From positions 3,271-67,270 of the forward strand of contig QHSZ01000023.1 of NCBI GenBank assembly GCA_003220595.1: a stretch of DNA of 64,000 nucleotides. Reading direction: 5' to 3'. Below are positions 51,395 to 62,697 of the stretch, piece after piece; the first letter of the stretch is position 1, and the number at the start of each line of letters is the position of its first letter. This stretch comes from Candidatus Rokuibacteriota bacterium. Lineage in GTDB: Bacteria > Methylomirabilota > Methylomirabilia > Rokubacteriales > CSP1-6. The notes under the pieces were generated by a model. It saw only the letters and a list, made by a program, of their open reading frames with translations, had not been told where the DNA came from and ran no database searches. The translations under genes and the position numbers were made by a program.

Positions 51395-52371
51395 CGCGAG
51401 CGAGGATCATCGGGGTCGGCGCGTACGCGCCCAAGCGGATTCTCACGAACGCCGATCTCGAAAAGCTGGTCGACACGAATGACGAGTGGATCCAGCAGCG
51501 GAGTGGGATCCGCGAGCGCCGCATCGCCGACGAGACCGAGGCGACGTCCGACCTCGCGCTGAAGGCCGCCGCGCAGGCGCTCGAGCGCGCGAACCTCGTT
51601 CCCGAGGATATCGAGTTCATCGCGGTGGGCACGACGACGCCGGACATGTTCTTCCCGACCGTCGGCAACATCGTGCAGCACCGGCTCGGCTGCGGCCGCG
51701 CGGGCTCGGTGGACCTGCTCGCGGCGTGCGCCGGCTCCATCTACAGCCTCGCGTTCGGCTCGCAGCTCATCCAGACCGGCAAGTACCGGCGCGTCCTCTG
51801 CATCGGCGCCGAGACGCTGTCGCGGATCATCGATTGGACGGATCGGGGCACCTGCGTGCTCCTCGCCGACGCCGCCGGCGCGGCGGTGCTCGAGGCCGAG
51901 GAGGGCGACCGAGGGATCCTCGACTTCGATCTCTACTCCGACGGCCAGTACTGGGACCTCCTCTACATGCCGGGTGGCGGCTCGCGCCATCCCGCGACCC
52001 GGGAGACGGTGGACGCGCGGATGCACTACGCCAAGATGAAGGGGAGCGAGGTCTTCAAGGTCGCCGTCCGCATGTTCGTAGAGTGCGCCGAGCGGATCCT
52101 CACGCGGAACGGCTTCACGGTCGACGACGTGAAGCTCTTCATCCCCCACCAGGCGAACCTCCGGATCATCGAGGCCGCGGCCAAGCGCGTGCGGCTCCCG
52201 ATGGAGCGCGTGTTCGTGAACGTGGACCGCTACGGCAACACCGGCGCCGCGTCCCTCTATGTCGCGCTCGAGGAGGCGGTGGTCGGCGGGCGCGTGCAGC
52301 GGGGCGACCTGATCCTGCTCGCGGCCTTCGGCGGCGGCTTCGCCTGGGGCGCCGCCTTGCTCCGCTGGTGA
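51391..52371 (+). CDS. fabH: 3-oxoacyl-ACP synthase III
   Basis: The AACAGS catalytic Cys region plus His/Asn, with FabH-typical length. ATGA overlap with plsX. Confidence 0.9.
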   Translation: MTRARIIGVGAYAPKRILTNADLEKLVDTNDEWIQQRSGIRERRIADETEATSDLALKAAAQALERANLVPEDIEFIAVGTTTPDMFFPTVGNIVQHRLGCGRAGSVDLLAACAGSIYSLAFGSQLIQTGKYRRVLCIGAETLSRIIDWTDRGTCVLLADAAGAAVLEAEEGDRGILDFDLYSDGQYWDLLYMPGGGSRHPATRETVDARMHYAKMKGSEVFKVAVRMFVECAERILTRNGFTVDDVKLFIPHQANLRIIEAAAKRVRLPMERVFVNVDRYGNTGAASLYVALEEAVVGGRVQRGDLILLAAFGGGFAWGAALLRW

Positions 52372-52386
52372 CCGCCCGCTGACCGC

Positions 52387-53322
52387 ATGATCGCGTTCCT
52401 CTTCCCCGGCCAGGGGTCGCAGGCGGTCGGCATGGGACGCGGGTTCTACGAGTCGTCGCCGGGCGCCAAGGCCCTCTTCGAAGAGGCGAACGCTGCGCTC
52501 GGCTTCGACCTCACGAAGCTCGCCTTCGAGGGTCCCGAGGCCGAGCTGGCGCTGACCGCGAACACCCAGCCCGCGGTGCTCGCGGCCTCCGTCGCGACGG
52601 CCGCGGCGTGCGCCGAGCGCGGGCTCCAGCCGGCGATCGCCGCCGGGCACAGCCTCGGCGAGTACTCGGCGCTCGTGGCCGCCGGCGCGCTCCGGTTCGC
52701 CGACGCGATCCGCGTGGTCCGCAAGCGCGGTCAGCTCATGCAAGACGCGGTGCCCGTCGGGACCGGCGCGATGGCGGCCCTCATGGGGCTCGAGCTCGCG
52801 GAGGTCGAGCGGCTCTGCGCCGAGGCCGCGAACGGCGAGGTCGTCGAGGTCGCGAACGTGAACTCCGCCCAGCAGATCGTCGTCGCCGGCCACCGCGCGG
52901 CGGTCGAGCGCGCGGTCGGCCTCGCCGGCCAGCGCGGCGGCAAGAAGAGCGTCGTGCTCCCCGTGAGCGCGCCCTTCCACTGCGCGCTCATGGCCCCCGC
53001 GGCGGAGCGGCTGCGCCCCGAGCTCGAGGGGATCGCCGTGGCCGACCCGCGCATCCCCGTCGTGCGGAACGTCGACGCGGGCGTGACGCGGACGGCCGCG
53101 GAGGTGCGGCCCTTCCTGTTGACCCAGGTGGCGAGCCCGGTGCGGTGGACCGCCTGCGTCAAGCGGCTCGCGGCGGAGGGCGCGACGACGTTCGTGGAGG
53201 TCGGCCCGGGCCGGGTGCTGACCGCGCTCCTCAAGCGCATCGTGGACGGCGCGCGCGGCCTCTCGGTCGAGGACCCGGCCGGCCTCGAGAAAGTCCTCGC
53301 GGCGCTCGAGACGCGCGCATGA
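52387..53322 (+). CDS. fabD: malonyl-CoA:ACP transacylase
   Basis: FLFPGQGSQAVGMG and the GHSLGEYSAL active site. Confidence 0.9.
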   Translation: MIAFLFPGQGSQAVGMGRGFYESSPGAKALFEEANAALGFDLTKLAFEGPEAELALTANTQPAVLAASVATAAACAERGLQPAIAAGHSLGEYSALVAAGALRFADAIRVVRKRGQLMQDAVPVGTGAMAALMGLELAEVERLCAEAANGEVVEVANVNSAQQIVVAGHRAAVERAVGLAGQRGGKKSVVLPVSAPFHCALMAPAAERLRPELEGIAVADPRIPVVRNVDAGVTRTAAEVRPFLLTQVASPVRWTACVKRLAAEGATTFVEVGPGRVLTALLKRIVDGARGLSVEDPAGLEKVLAALETRA

Positions 53323-54071
53323 CGAAGCCGCCGCTCGACGGCAAGGTCGCGATCGTCACGGGCGGCAGCCGCGGGATCGGCCTCGCGATCGCCGCGTTGC
53401 TGGCCGAGGACGGCGCGGCCGTGGTAGTCTCTGGCCGCGACGCCGACCGGCTCCAGCGCGCGGTGAAGGAGCTCGAGGCGCAGGGGCGTGTGGCGCACGC
53501 GGTCGTAGCCGATGCGGCGAGCCGCGAGGACTGCGACCGGCTGGCCGACGCGGCCAAGGAGCGATTCGGCCGCATCGACGTCCTCGTGAACAACGCCGGG
53601 ATCACGCGCGACGGGCTGCTCGTGCGCATGAAGGACGAGGACTGGGACCGCGTCATGGACGTGAACCTCCGGGGTGTGTTCCTCCTGACGCGCGCGGTGA
53701 CGAAGGCGATGGTGAGGCAGAAGCGCGGCGGGCGGGTCATCAACATCACCTCGACGGCGGGGGCGATGGGTAACGCGGGCCAGGCCAACTACTCCGCCGC
53801 CAAGGCGGGGCTCATCGGCCTCACGAAGGCGGCGGCGCGCGAGCTGGCGCACTGGTCCATCCTGGTCAACGCCGTCGCGCCCGGCCTCATCGAGACCGAC
53901 ATGGCGGCGGCGCTGCCGGCGGAGGCGCGCACAGCGCTGCTCGCGCAGGTGCCGCTCAAGCGCATCGGGACCGCGCGCGAGGTGGCCGAAGTGGTACGAT
54001 TCCTCGCCGGGGACGGGGCGGCCTACATCACGGGCCAGGTCTTCCACGTCAACGGCGGGCTCTACATGTAA
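53319..54071 (+). CDS. fabG: 3-oxoacyl-ACP reductase
   Basis: SDR with [12 protein letters not shown] and YSAAK. Confidence 0.9.
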   Translation: MTKPPLDGKVAIVTGGSRGIGLAIAALLAEDGAAVVVSGRDADRLQRAVKELEAQGRVAHAVVADAASREDCDRLADAAKERFGRIDVLVNNAGITRDGLLVRMKDEDWDRVMDVNLRGVFLLTRAVTKAMVRQKRGGRVINITSTAGAMGNAGQANYSAAKAGLIGLTKAAARELAHWSILVNAVAPGLIETDMAAALPAEARTALLAQVPLKRIGTAREVAEVVRFLAGDGAAYITGQVFHVNGGLYM

Positions 54072-54100
54072 CCCATCCTGAGCATGGAGGTGACGAGTTC

Positions 54101-54337
54101 ATGGCGAAGTCGGTAGAGGAGAAGGTGAAGGAGATCATCGTCGAGCAGCTCGGGGTGGAGGAAGACGAGGTCACCACGAACGCGAAGTTCATCGAGGATC
54201 TGGGCGCCGACTCGCTCGACACGGTTGAGCTCGTCATGGCCCTCGAGGAGCACTTCGACATCCAGATCCCCGACGAGGACGCCGAGAAAATCGTGACCGT
54301 CGGCGACGCGGTCCAGTACATCAAGGAGAACTCGTGA
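54101..54337 (+). CDS. acpP: acyl carrier protein
   Basis: [17 protein letters not shown] phosphopantetheine-attachment site. Confidence 0.9.
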   Translation: MAKSVEEKVKEIIVEQLGVEEDEVTTNAKFIEDLGADSLDTVELVMALEEHFDIQIPDEDAEKIVTVGDAVQYIKENS

Positions 54338-54372
54338 TGGCGCACCGGCCTCGGGCCCGCGGCGCGCGATAG

Positions 54373-55641
<1,269 letters not shown>

Positions 55642-56085
55642 GTGGACCTCGCCCGCGTCGCCGAGCTCGAGCGGCGGCTCGGTCACCGGTTCCGTGACCG
55701 CGGGCTCCTGGAGCAGGCCTGCACCCACGCCTCCTACGCGAACGAGCACCCGCCCACGCCGAGCCACGAGGGCCTGGCGCTCCTCGGCGACGCCGCGCTC
55801 GCCCTCGTCGTCGCCGAGCATCTGCTCGCCGAGGACCCGACGGCGGCGGTCGGCATCCTGACGCCGCGACGCGCCGAGCTCGTTGCAGGCGAGCGGCTCG
55901 CGCGCTGGGCGCGCGAGCTCGACCTCGGCCCGCTCCTGCGTCTGGGGCGCGGCGAGGAGCAGACGGGCGGCCGCGCGCGCGAGTCCATCCTCGCCTCGGC
56001 GCTCGAGGCGCTGCTCGGCGCCATCTACCTCGAGGACGGGATCGCCGCGGTGCGCGCGAGCGTCGGGCGCCTGGCGCTGTGGTAG
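55642..56085 (+). CDS. rnc: ribonuclease III catalytic domain protein lacking a dsRBD (Mini-III-like or truncated rnc)
   Basis: 147 aa. RNase III signature HEGLALLGDAALALVVAEHLL and the distal acidic motif ESILASALEALLGAIYLEDG. There is no C-terminal double-stranded RNA-binding domain. GTG start abuts the fabF stop. Confidence 0.6.
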   Translation: MDLARVAELERRLGHRFRDRGLLEQACTHASYANEHPPTPSHEGLALLGDAALALVVAEHLLAEDPTAAVGILTPRRAELVAGERLARWARELDLGPLLRLGRGEEQTGGRARESILASALEALLGAIYLEDGIAAVRASVGRLALW

Positions 56086-56095
56086 GCTCTACCCC

Positions 56096-57277
56096 ATGCG
56101 GGTCTGGCCGTTTCGCAGCGGTGCTAACACCGCCGTGCCGCCCGCCGCCGATCCCCTCGTCACCGAGGAGCTTCTGCGACGCAGCGTCGAGGATCTGCTC
56201 GTGATCCGCGACCGCGTGACCCGCGGCGCCCTCGTGAGCTTCCGCGGCGACCTGCTCGTGGCGCCGGCGCGCGCCTGCGACGCGCTGACCGAGCGCCTCC
56301 GCCCCCTCGGCTACACGCCGTTCCTGCGCCGCGACGGCGACGGCGTCGTGATCCAGGCGTGGCCGCTCACCGACGCCACGGTGCCGTTGCGTCTCGGCGT
56401 GAGCCTCGCGCTCTTCCTGCTCACGTGCGGCTCGACGCTCATCGCCGGCCTCGGGTACGCCGGCTCACCGACGTTCGACGCCCTCCGCGCCTCGCCCTCC
56501 GCCCTGCGGTTTCTCGCGGGGCTGCCGTTCGCGGCGACGCTCATGGCGATCCTGCTCGTGCACGAGCTAGGGCACTACTTCACGGCGCGCCGGTACAAGA
56601 CGGCGGTGAGCCTGCCCTACTTCATCCCGCTGCCGATCAGCTTTCTCGGGACGCTCGGCGCGATCATCCGGATGCGCTCCCCGGGGCGCGACCGGAACTC
56701 GCTGTTCGACATCGCCGCTGCGGGGCCGCTCGCCGGCCTGGCCGTGGCCGTGCCGGCGATGATCGTCGGGCTCGCCTGGTCCGTGGTCGTGCCCGCCCCC
56801 CCGAGCGGGCACGTCGCGTTCGGCGACTCGCTCCTGACGCGCCTGCTCGTCCAGCTTCGCTTCGGCGCGGTTCCGGCCGGGTTCATGGTCTTCACCCACC
56901 CGATGGCCGATGCGGCGTGGGCCGGGTTCCTCGTGACGGCGCTGAACCTCTTCCCCGCGGGACAGCTCGACGGGGGCCGCATCAGCTACGCCCTCTTCGG
57001 GCGCCATCACCGCGCCATCGGCAAGGGGACCGTCGCCGCGCTGGTCCTGGTCGGCGTGGCGACGGCGCTCTGGGATGTCCTCGTGGAGGGTGGCGACGGC
57101 GCGTCGGCGCTCAACTGGTTCGTCTGGGCCGGGCTGATCGCCTTCGTCGTGGGGTTTCACCACAGTCCGCCGCTCGACGACATCACGCCGCTCACGTCGG
57201 GCCGTCGCGTCGTCGGCATGTTCTGCCTGCTGCTCATCGTCCTGCTGACACCGCCCTTCATCGTCCGGGTGAAGTAG
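56096..57277 (+). CDS. site-2 protease family membrane metalloprotease (M50)
   Basis: HELGHYFTARRY zinc motif within a polytopic membrane protein. Confidence 0.7.
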   Translation: MRVWPFRSGANTAVPPAADPLVTEELLRRSVEDLLVIRDRVTRGALVSFRGDLLVAPARACDALTERLRPLGYTPFLRRDGDGVVIQAWPLTDATVPLRLGVSLALFLLTCGSTLIAGLGYAGSPTFDALRASPSALRFLAGLPFAATLMAILLVHELGHYFTARRYKTAVSLPYFIPLPISFLGTLGAIIRMRSPGRDRNSLFDIAAAGPLAGLAVAVPAMIVGLAWSVVVPAPPSGHVAFGDSLLTRLLVQLRFGAVPAGFMVFTHPMADAAWAGFLVTALNLFPAGQLDGGRISYALFGRHHRAIGKGTVAALVLVGVATALWDVLVEGGDGASALNWFVWAGLIAFVVGFHHSPPLDDITPLTSGRRVVGMFCLLLIVLLTPPFIVRVK

Positions 57278-57282
57278 GCCGC

Positions 57283-58599
57283 TCACGCGCCCACGGGCGG
57301 CCCGGCGCCGACCTCGCGGGCCGCCCGCGCGACGTCGACGCGCAGGAGCAGCGCCAGACCCAGGATGAAGAACGTCGCGAGCGACAGGATCGCGATCCGG
57401 TAGCTCCCGGTGAACTGCAGCGCCAGGCCGAACAGGAGCGGCCCGAGCCAGCTCGTCCCGCGCTCGCTGACCTCGTAGAGGCTGAAGTACTCCGCCTCCT
57501 GCCCCGTCGGGATCATGCGCGAGTAGAGCGAGCGGCTGAGCGCCTGGCTCCCGCCGAGCACCACCGCGATCGCCGCCGCGAGCGCGACGAACTCCCCGCC
57601 GGTCCGGAGCCAGCCGTACGCGTAGGTCACGGTGCCGGTCCAGATCACGAGGCTCACGACGATCGCCCGCTTGGCGCCGAGCGCCGCGGCCACGCGATTG
57701 AAGAGGAGCGCGCCCCCGAATGCGACGAACTGCACCATGAGGATCACGGCGGTCAGCGTCGAGATCGGAAGTCCCAGCGCCTCCTGGCCGAACTGCGACG
57801 CGAGGGCGATGACCGTCTGGATGCCGTCGTTGTAGAGGAGATAGGCGGCGAGGAAGAGCAGGGTGTGGGGGTAGCGGCGCGCGGAGCCGAGCGTGCGCCA
57901 GAGCTGCCGCGCGCCGACGGTCAGGTAGTGCTCGTCCGGTCCGAGACGGCGCGCGGGCCCGCGCGTCCGGAGGGCGGCGAGGGGGATCACTGTGAAGAGC
58001 GCCCACCACACGCCCGCGGAGGCGAGGTTGATGCGCACGACGAGCCCGGTCGGGAGCCCGAGCGCGTCCGCGCGCGCGAAGAGCGCGAGGTTCAGGGCGA
58101 GGAGGAGCCCGCCCCCGAGGTAGCCGATGGCCCAGCCGTAGGACGACACGGCGTCGCGCCGGTCGGGCGCGGCGAGGTCGGGGAGGAACGCGTTGTAGAC
58201 GACGATGGACGCGCCGAAGGCCAGGTTGGCGACGACGAAGAGGGCGCCGCCGAGGAGGTAGCGCGTGCCGTCGACGAAGTAGAGCGCGGCCGTCGCGCCG
58301 GAGCCGATGTAGGCGAAGAGCGCGAGCATCGCCTTCCTCCGCTGCGAGGCGTCGGCGACGGCGCCGAGGAGCGGCAGCAGCACGACCTGCGCGAGGACCG
58401 AGAGCGACACGACGTAGGGGAAGAACGCGCCGGCGCTCACGGGGATGCCGAACGGGTGGACGAAGCCATCCGCGTCGGCCGCCGCCTTGGTCACGGTGGT
58501 GAGCCACGGTCCGAGGAACACCGTCACCACCGTCGTGGGGAAGGCGGAATTCGCCCAGTCGTAGAAGTACCAACCGACGCGTTCGCCGCGCTCGCTCAC
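57283..58599 (-). CDS. MFS transporter (UMF1-like)
   Basis: About 437 aa, 12 TM segments, N-terminus VSERGERVGWYFYDWANSAFPTTVVTVFLGPWL. The 950-aa track ORF in this frame is mostly an upstream GC artefact. Confidence 0.65.
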   Translation of the reverse strand: MSERGERVGWYFYDWANSAFPTTVVTVFLGPWLTTVTKAAADADGFVHPFGIPVSAGAFFPYVVSLSVLAQVVLLPLLGAVADASQRRKAMLALFAYIGSGATAALYFVDGTRYLLGGALFVVANLAFGASIVVYNAFLPDLAAPDRRDAVSSYGWAIGYLGGGLLLALNLALFARADALGLPTGLVVRINLASAGVWWALFTVIPLAALRTRGPARRLGPDEHYLTVGARQLWRTLGSARRYPHTLLFLAAYLLYNDGIQTVIALASQFGQEALGLPISTLTAVILMVQFVAFGGALLFNRVAAALGAKRAIVVSLVIWTGTVTYAYGWLRTGGEFVALAAAIAVVLGGSQALSRSLYSRMIPTGQEAEYFSLYEVSERGTSWLGPLLFGLALQFTGSYRIAILSLATFFILGLALLLRVDVARAAREVGAGPPVGA

Positions 58600-58659
58600 G
58601 ACGCGGACACCGTGCGCCGGAGGATGACACAGGCGCCTCGGCTGCGCTACTATCCGCGC

Positions 58660-60036
58660 ATGCCGGGCCGGCTCGACGGAAAGCAGCTCGAGCAGCTGAT
58701 CAAGAAGGGCGAGATCGACACCGTCCTCACGGTCTTCCCCGACACGTTCGGCCGACTCCTGGGCAAGCGCGTGGTCGGCAGCTACTTCCTCGACCACGTC
58801 GCCGCCGAGGGCGCCCACGCGTGCGTCTACCTCTTCACCGTGGACATGGAGATGGAGCCGCTGCCGGGCTTCAAGCTCACCTCGTGGGAGCGCGGCTACG
58901 GCGACATGAAGCTGGTCCCCGACGAGGCGACCCTGCGCCTCGTCCCCTGGCTGCCCAAGACCGCGCTCGTGTTCTGCGACGTGTACACCGAGGAGGGCGA
59001 GCCGATCGAGGAGGCGCCGCGCTGGGTGCTGCGGCGCCAGGTCGAGCGCGCGGCGAAGCAGGGGTTCGTCGTCAAGACCGCGGCGGAGCTCGAGCTCTAC
59101 GTCTTCAAGGAGTCGTTCGAGGCGGCGCGCGCGAAGCGCTATCGCGAGCTGACGCCGGCCGCCGGCTATCTCGAGGACTATCACATCCTCCAGACGACGA
59201 AGGAGGAGCCGCTGATCCGCGCGATCCGCAACGGCATGGAGGCGGCCGACGTCCCCGTCGAGAGCTCGAAGGGCGAGTGGGGCCGAGGCCAGGAGGAGAT
59301 CAACCTCCGCTACGCCGAGGCGCTCGAGATGGCCGACCGCGCGACGCTCTACAAGCACGGGGCCAAGGAGATCGCGCACCTCCACGGCTGCTCCGTGACG
59401 TTCATGGCGAAGTACGACATGGGCGCGGCGGGCTCCTCCTTCCACCTCCACTCGTCGCTCTGGGACAAGGGCGGTCGGAAGGCGCTCTTCGCGACGACCG
59501 GGCACGGCGCGGCGTCGCGCACCGCGGGTCCCCTCTTCGGCCAGTGGCTCGCGGGCCAGCTCGCGATGGCGCGCGAGCTCGCCTACTTCTACGCGCCCGG
59601 CGTGAACTCCTACAAGCGCTACCAGGCGGGCTCGTTCGCGCCCACGCGCATCGTCGCCGGCTGGGACAACCGCACCTGCGGCTTCCGTCTCTGCGGCGAG
59701 GGGAGCGGCTTCCGCGTGGAGAACCGCATCCCCGGCGCCGACGCGAACCCCTATCTCGCCTTCGCCGCGACCATCGCGGCGGGTCTCCACGGCGTCGCGG
59801 CCGGGCTCAAGGCGCCGAAGCTCTACGAGGGCAACGCCTACGAGGACGCGACGCTGCCGCAGGTGCCGAAGACGCTCCGCGAGGCGGTCGCCGAGCTCGA
59901 CCGCTCGAAGGCGGCGCGCGCGGCCTTCGGCGAGCGCGTGGTCGAGCACTACCTCCACACCGCGAGGCTCGAGCAGCAGGCGTTCGACCAGGCCGTGACC
60001 GACTGGGAGCTCATGCGCAACTTCGAGCGCATCTGA
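58660..60036 (+). CDS. glutamine synthetase family protein (GS type I-like / gamma-glutamyl-amine ligase, PuuA/GlnA-like)
   Basis: 458 aa GS catalytic-domain motifs (...GSSFHLHSSLW..., NRIPGADANPYLA). Confidence 0.7.
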   Translation: MPGRLDGKQLEQLIKKGEIDTVLTVFPDTFGRLLGKRVVGSYFLDHVAAEGAHACVYLFTVDMEMEPLPGFKLTSWERGYGDMKLVPDEATLRLVPWLPKTALVFCDVYTEEGEPIEEAPRWVLRRQVERAAKQGFVVKTAAELELYVFKESFEAARAKRYRELTPAAGYLEDYHILQTTKEEPLIRAIRNGMEAADVPVESSKGEWGRGQEEINLRYAEALEMADRATLYKHGAKEIAHLHGCSVTFMAKYDMGAAGSSFHLHSSLWDKGGRKALFATTGHGAASRTAGPLFGQWLAGQLAMARELAYFYAPGVNSYKRYQAGSFAPTRIVAGWDNRTCGFRLCGEGSGFRVENRIPGADANPYLAFAATIAAGLHGVAAGLKAPKLYEGNAYEDATLPQVPKTLREAVAELDRSKAARAAFGERVVEHYLHTARLEQQAFDQAVTDWELMRNFERI

Positions 60037-60204
60037 CCAATGCGACGGCGGAGATCGGCGGTGAAAACGATCGCGTCGCGTGGTTGCGGCGGGGCACGGG
60101 CGTGGCGACAGCCCGGGAGCCCGTGCCCTGTTCAATGGACGGCGATGCCCCTCCCGTCGCCGCCTCGCAGCTGGACCATCCTCATCGCCGTCTCAGAGCG
60201 CTAG

Positions 60205-60969
60205 ATGCCGGGGAGGCTCCGGGACAAGGTCGCGGTCATCACGGGCGCCGGCATGGGCATGGGGCGTGAGGCCGCGGTGCTCTTCGCCGAGGAGGGCGCG
60301 CGCGTCGTCGTCGCCGACATCGACGCGCGGGCGGCGAAGGAGACGGTCGAGCGGGTCGAGCAGGCGGGCGGCCAGGCGCTCGCCGTGGTCGGAGACGTCG
60401 CGGTCGAGGCGGACGTCCGCCGGATGATCGACGAGGGCGCCCGGCGCTTCGGCCGGCTCGACATCCTCTACAACAACGCCGGCGTCCTCTGGAAGGACCG
60501 CGACCGCTCGGTGCTCGAGACAGACGAGCCCTCGTGGGACCGGGTGATCGCGATCAACCTGAAATCCGTCTTCTGGGTGACGAAGCACGGGATCCCGGAG
60601 CTGCGGAAGGCGGGCGGCGGCTCGATCATCCTGATGGGCTCGGTCTCTGCGCTCGCCGGCTTCACCCGCGCGCAGGACGCCTACACAGCGGCGAAGGGCG
60701 CGCTCATCTCGCTCACCAAGTCGCTCGCCATCCAGTTCGCGAAGGACCGTATCCGGTGCAACGTGATCCACCCGGGCATCGTCGACACGCCCCTCCAGGC
60801 GCCGTACCTCACGCCGGCGATCCGCAAGGAGTTCGAGACGGGGATCCCGCTCGGCCGGATCGCCCACCCGCGCGAGATCGCCTACGTCGCGCTGTTCCTG
60901 GCCAGCGACGAGTCCTCGTTCATGACCGGCGCCGAGCTGGTCGTGGACGGCGGCTTCACGGCCGGATAG
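60205..60969 (+). CDS. SDR family oxidoreductase
   Basis: TGAGMGMG, NNAG and YTAAK. Confidence 0.85.
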   Translation: MPGRLRDKVAVITGAGMGMGREAAVLFAEEGARVVVADIDARAAKETVERVEQAGGQALAVVGDVAVEADVRRMIDEGARRFGRLDILYNNAGVLWKDRDRSVLETDEPSWDRVIAINLKSVFWVTKHGIPELRKAGGGSIILMGSVSALAGFTRAQDAYTAAKGALISLTKSLAIQFAKDRIRCNVIHPGIVDTPLQAPYLTPAIRKEFETGIPLGRIAHPREIAYVALFLASDESSFMTGAELVVDGGFTAG

Positions 60970-60985
60970 CAGGCAGACGCACGCC

Positions 60986-62680
60986 ATGGACGCCACGTCC
61001 GGCGCCCCGCCCGCACCGGGGCCCGCGGCCGTCGCGGTCTCGCGACCCTCGCTCCAGAAGCTCGACGCCGCCGTCGCGACGACGGCCGCCGCCGTGCTGC
61101 TCCTCCTGCTCCTGTTCGTCGTCTGGCCCGTGCTCCGCGTCCTCGGCGCGAGCGTCGCGGGGCCGGCGGGCCCCACGCTCGCCCACTACGCCGAGTTCTT
61201 CGGCTCGTGGCGGCTCCTCCGGATCCTGGTCAACAGCCTCGAAGTGTCCCTGGTCTCGACTGTGATCACGGTGGGCGTCGCCCTCGTGCTCGCGTACGCG
61301 GTGACGCGCACGGACATCCCGGGCAAGCGGTTCGTCTCGCTCATGAGCCTCGTGCCGCTGATCTCGCCCCCGTTCCTGGTCTCGCTCGCCTTCATCCTCC
61401 TCTTCGGGCGGAACGGCGTGGTGACGCGCGGGCTCGGCCTCGACTGGTCGATCTACGGCTTCACGGGCATCGTCGCCTCGCAGGTGTTCACGTTCCTCCC
61501 GCAGGCCTACATCCTCCTGGCGAACGTGCTCGGCAACATCGACGCCTCGCTCGAGGAGGCCGCCGAGAACCTCGGCGCCGGGCCGCTCACGACGCTCCGC
61601 CGCGTGACGCTCGCGCTCGCGCGCCCGGGGCTCGCCTCGGCCGCGCTCATCGTCTTCATCCTCTGCATGACCGACTTCGGCAATCCGATCCTGATCGGCG
61701 GACGCTACAACGTGCTCGCGACCGAGATCTACGCCCAGGTGATCGGGATGAGCAACTTCGCCGCGGCCGCGACGATGTCGGTCGTGCTGATCGTCCCGTG
61801 CCTGGCCGCCTACGTCCTGAACGCGTCCTGGGTGGGGACCCGGTCGTACGTGACCGTCTCGGCGGGGGCGCGCACGGCCGTGCGGCCGACGCCGGCGGCG
61901 GTGCGCTGGCCACTCACCGTCCTCGCGGGCGGCATCGCGCTCTTCATCACGCTGATCTACGGGCTGATCCCGCTCGGCTCGCTCGTACGCCTCTGGGGGA
62001 GCGACTGGTCGCTCTCGCTGGGCCACTACGCCTTCGCCTCGAGCGCCGAGGGCGCCGCGCCGATCTGGAATAGCGTGGAGCTCGCCCTCGTCGCCGGCGT
62101 CGTCGGCACCTGTGTGGCGCTCGTCACGGCGTACGTCGTCGAGCGCAAGCGGCCCCCGGGCCGCCGCGTGATCGAGGCGCTCTCGCTCCTGCCGGCCGCC
62201 CTGCCCGGGACCGTCGTGGGCCTGGGGTACATCCTCGCGTTCAACGTGCCGCCGCTCGCCCTCACGGGCACGCTCTCAATCCTCGTCGCGAGCGTCGTGT
62301 TCTGGAAGCTTCCCGTGGCGGCGCTCGCCGGAATCAACGCGCTGAAGCAGATCGACCCGGCGATCGAGGAGGCGGCGGTGAGCCTCGGCGCGGGGAGCGT
62401 CAGGACCTTCTGGCGCGTCGTGCTGCCGCTCCTGACCGGTACGGCGTTCTCGGTCTTCGTCTACTTCTTCATCAACGGGATGGTCACCGTCAGCGCCGTG
62501 ATCTTTCTGATCTATCCCGGGTTCAACCTCGGCTCGGTCGCGATCCTCAACCAGGTCGAGAACGGCTACCCGGGCGTGGCGTGCGCCCTCGGCACGATCA
62601 TCCTCGCGATCGTCATCGGCTCCGTCCTGCTCCTCCGCGCCCTGCTCGGGGGAGACCGCGTCGCCGTGCTGAAGCTCTAG
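60986..62680 (+). CDS. ABC transporter permease, duplicated two-domain type (iron(III)/thiamine FbpB/ThiP-like)
   Basis: 564 aa with two BPD_transp_1 domains. Confidence 0.75.
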   Translation: MDATSGAPPAPGPAAVAVSRPSLQKLDAAVATTAAAVLLLLLLFVVWPVLRVLGASVAGPAGPTLAHYAEFFGSWRLLRILVNSLEVSLVSTVITVGVALVLAYAVTRTDIPGKRFVSLMSLVPLISPPFLVSLAFILLFGRNGVVTRGLGLDWSIYGFTGIVASQVFTFLPQAYILLANVLGNIDASLEEAAENLGAGPLTTLRRVTLALARPGLASAALIVFILCMTDFGNPILIGGRYNVLATEIYAQVIGMSNFAAAATMSVVLIVPCLAAYVLNASWVGTRSYVTVSAGARTAVRPTPAAVRWPLTVLAGGIALFITLIYGLIPLGSLVRLWGSDWSLSLGHYAFASSAEGAAPIWNSVELALVAGVVGTCVALVTAYVVERKRPPGRRVIEALSLLPAALPGTVVGLGYILAFNVPPLALTGTLSILVASVVFWKLPVAALAGINALKQIDPAIEEAAVSLGAGSVRTFWRVVLPLLTGTAFSVFVYFFINGMVTVSAVIFLIYPGFNLGSVAILNQVENGYPGVACALGTIILAIVIGSVLLLRALLGGDRVAVLKL

Positions 62681-62697
62681 CGAAAGGAGACACGTCC

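Noticed and set aside
56359-60036. 1225-aa plus-strand ORF spanning the S2P protease, the MFS gene (antisense) and the GS-family gene
   Set aside because: It is an open-frame artefact. Only the last ~458 aa (from the ATG at 58660) form the GS-family protein. The upstream part is antisense to the MFS transporter and in-frame read-through of other genes.
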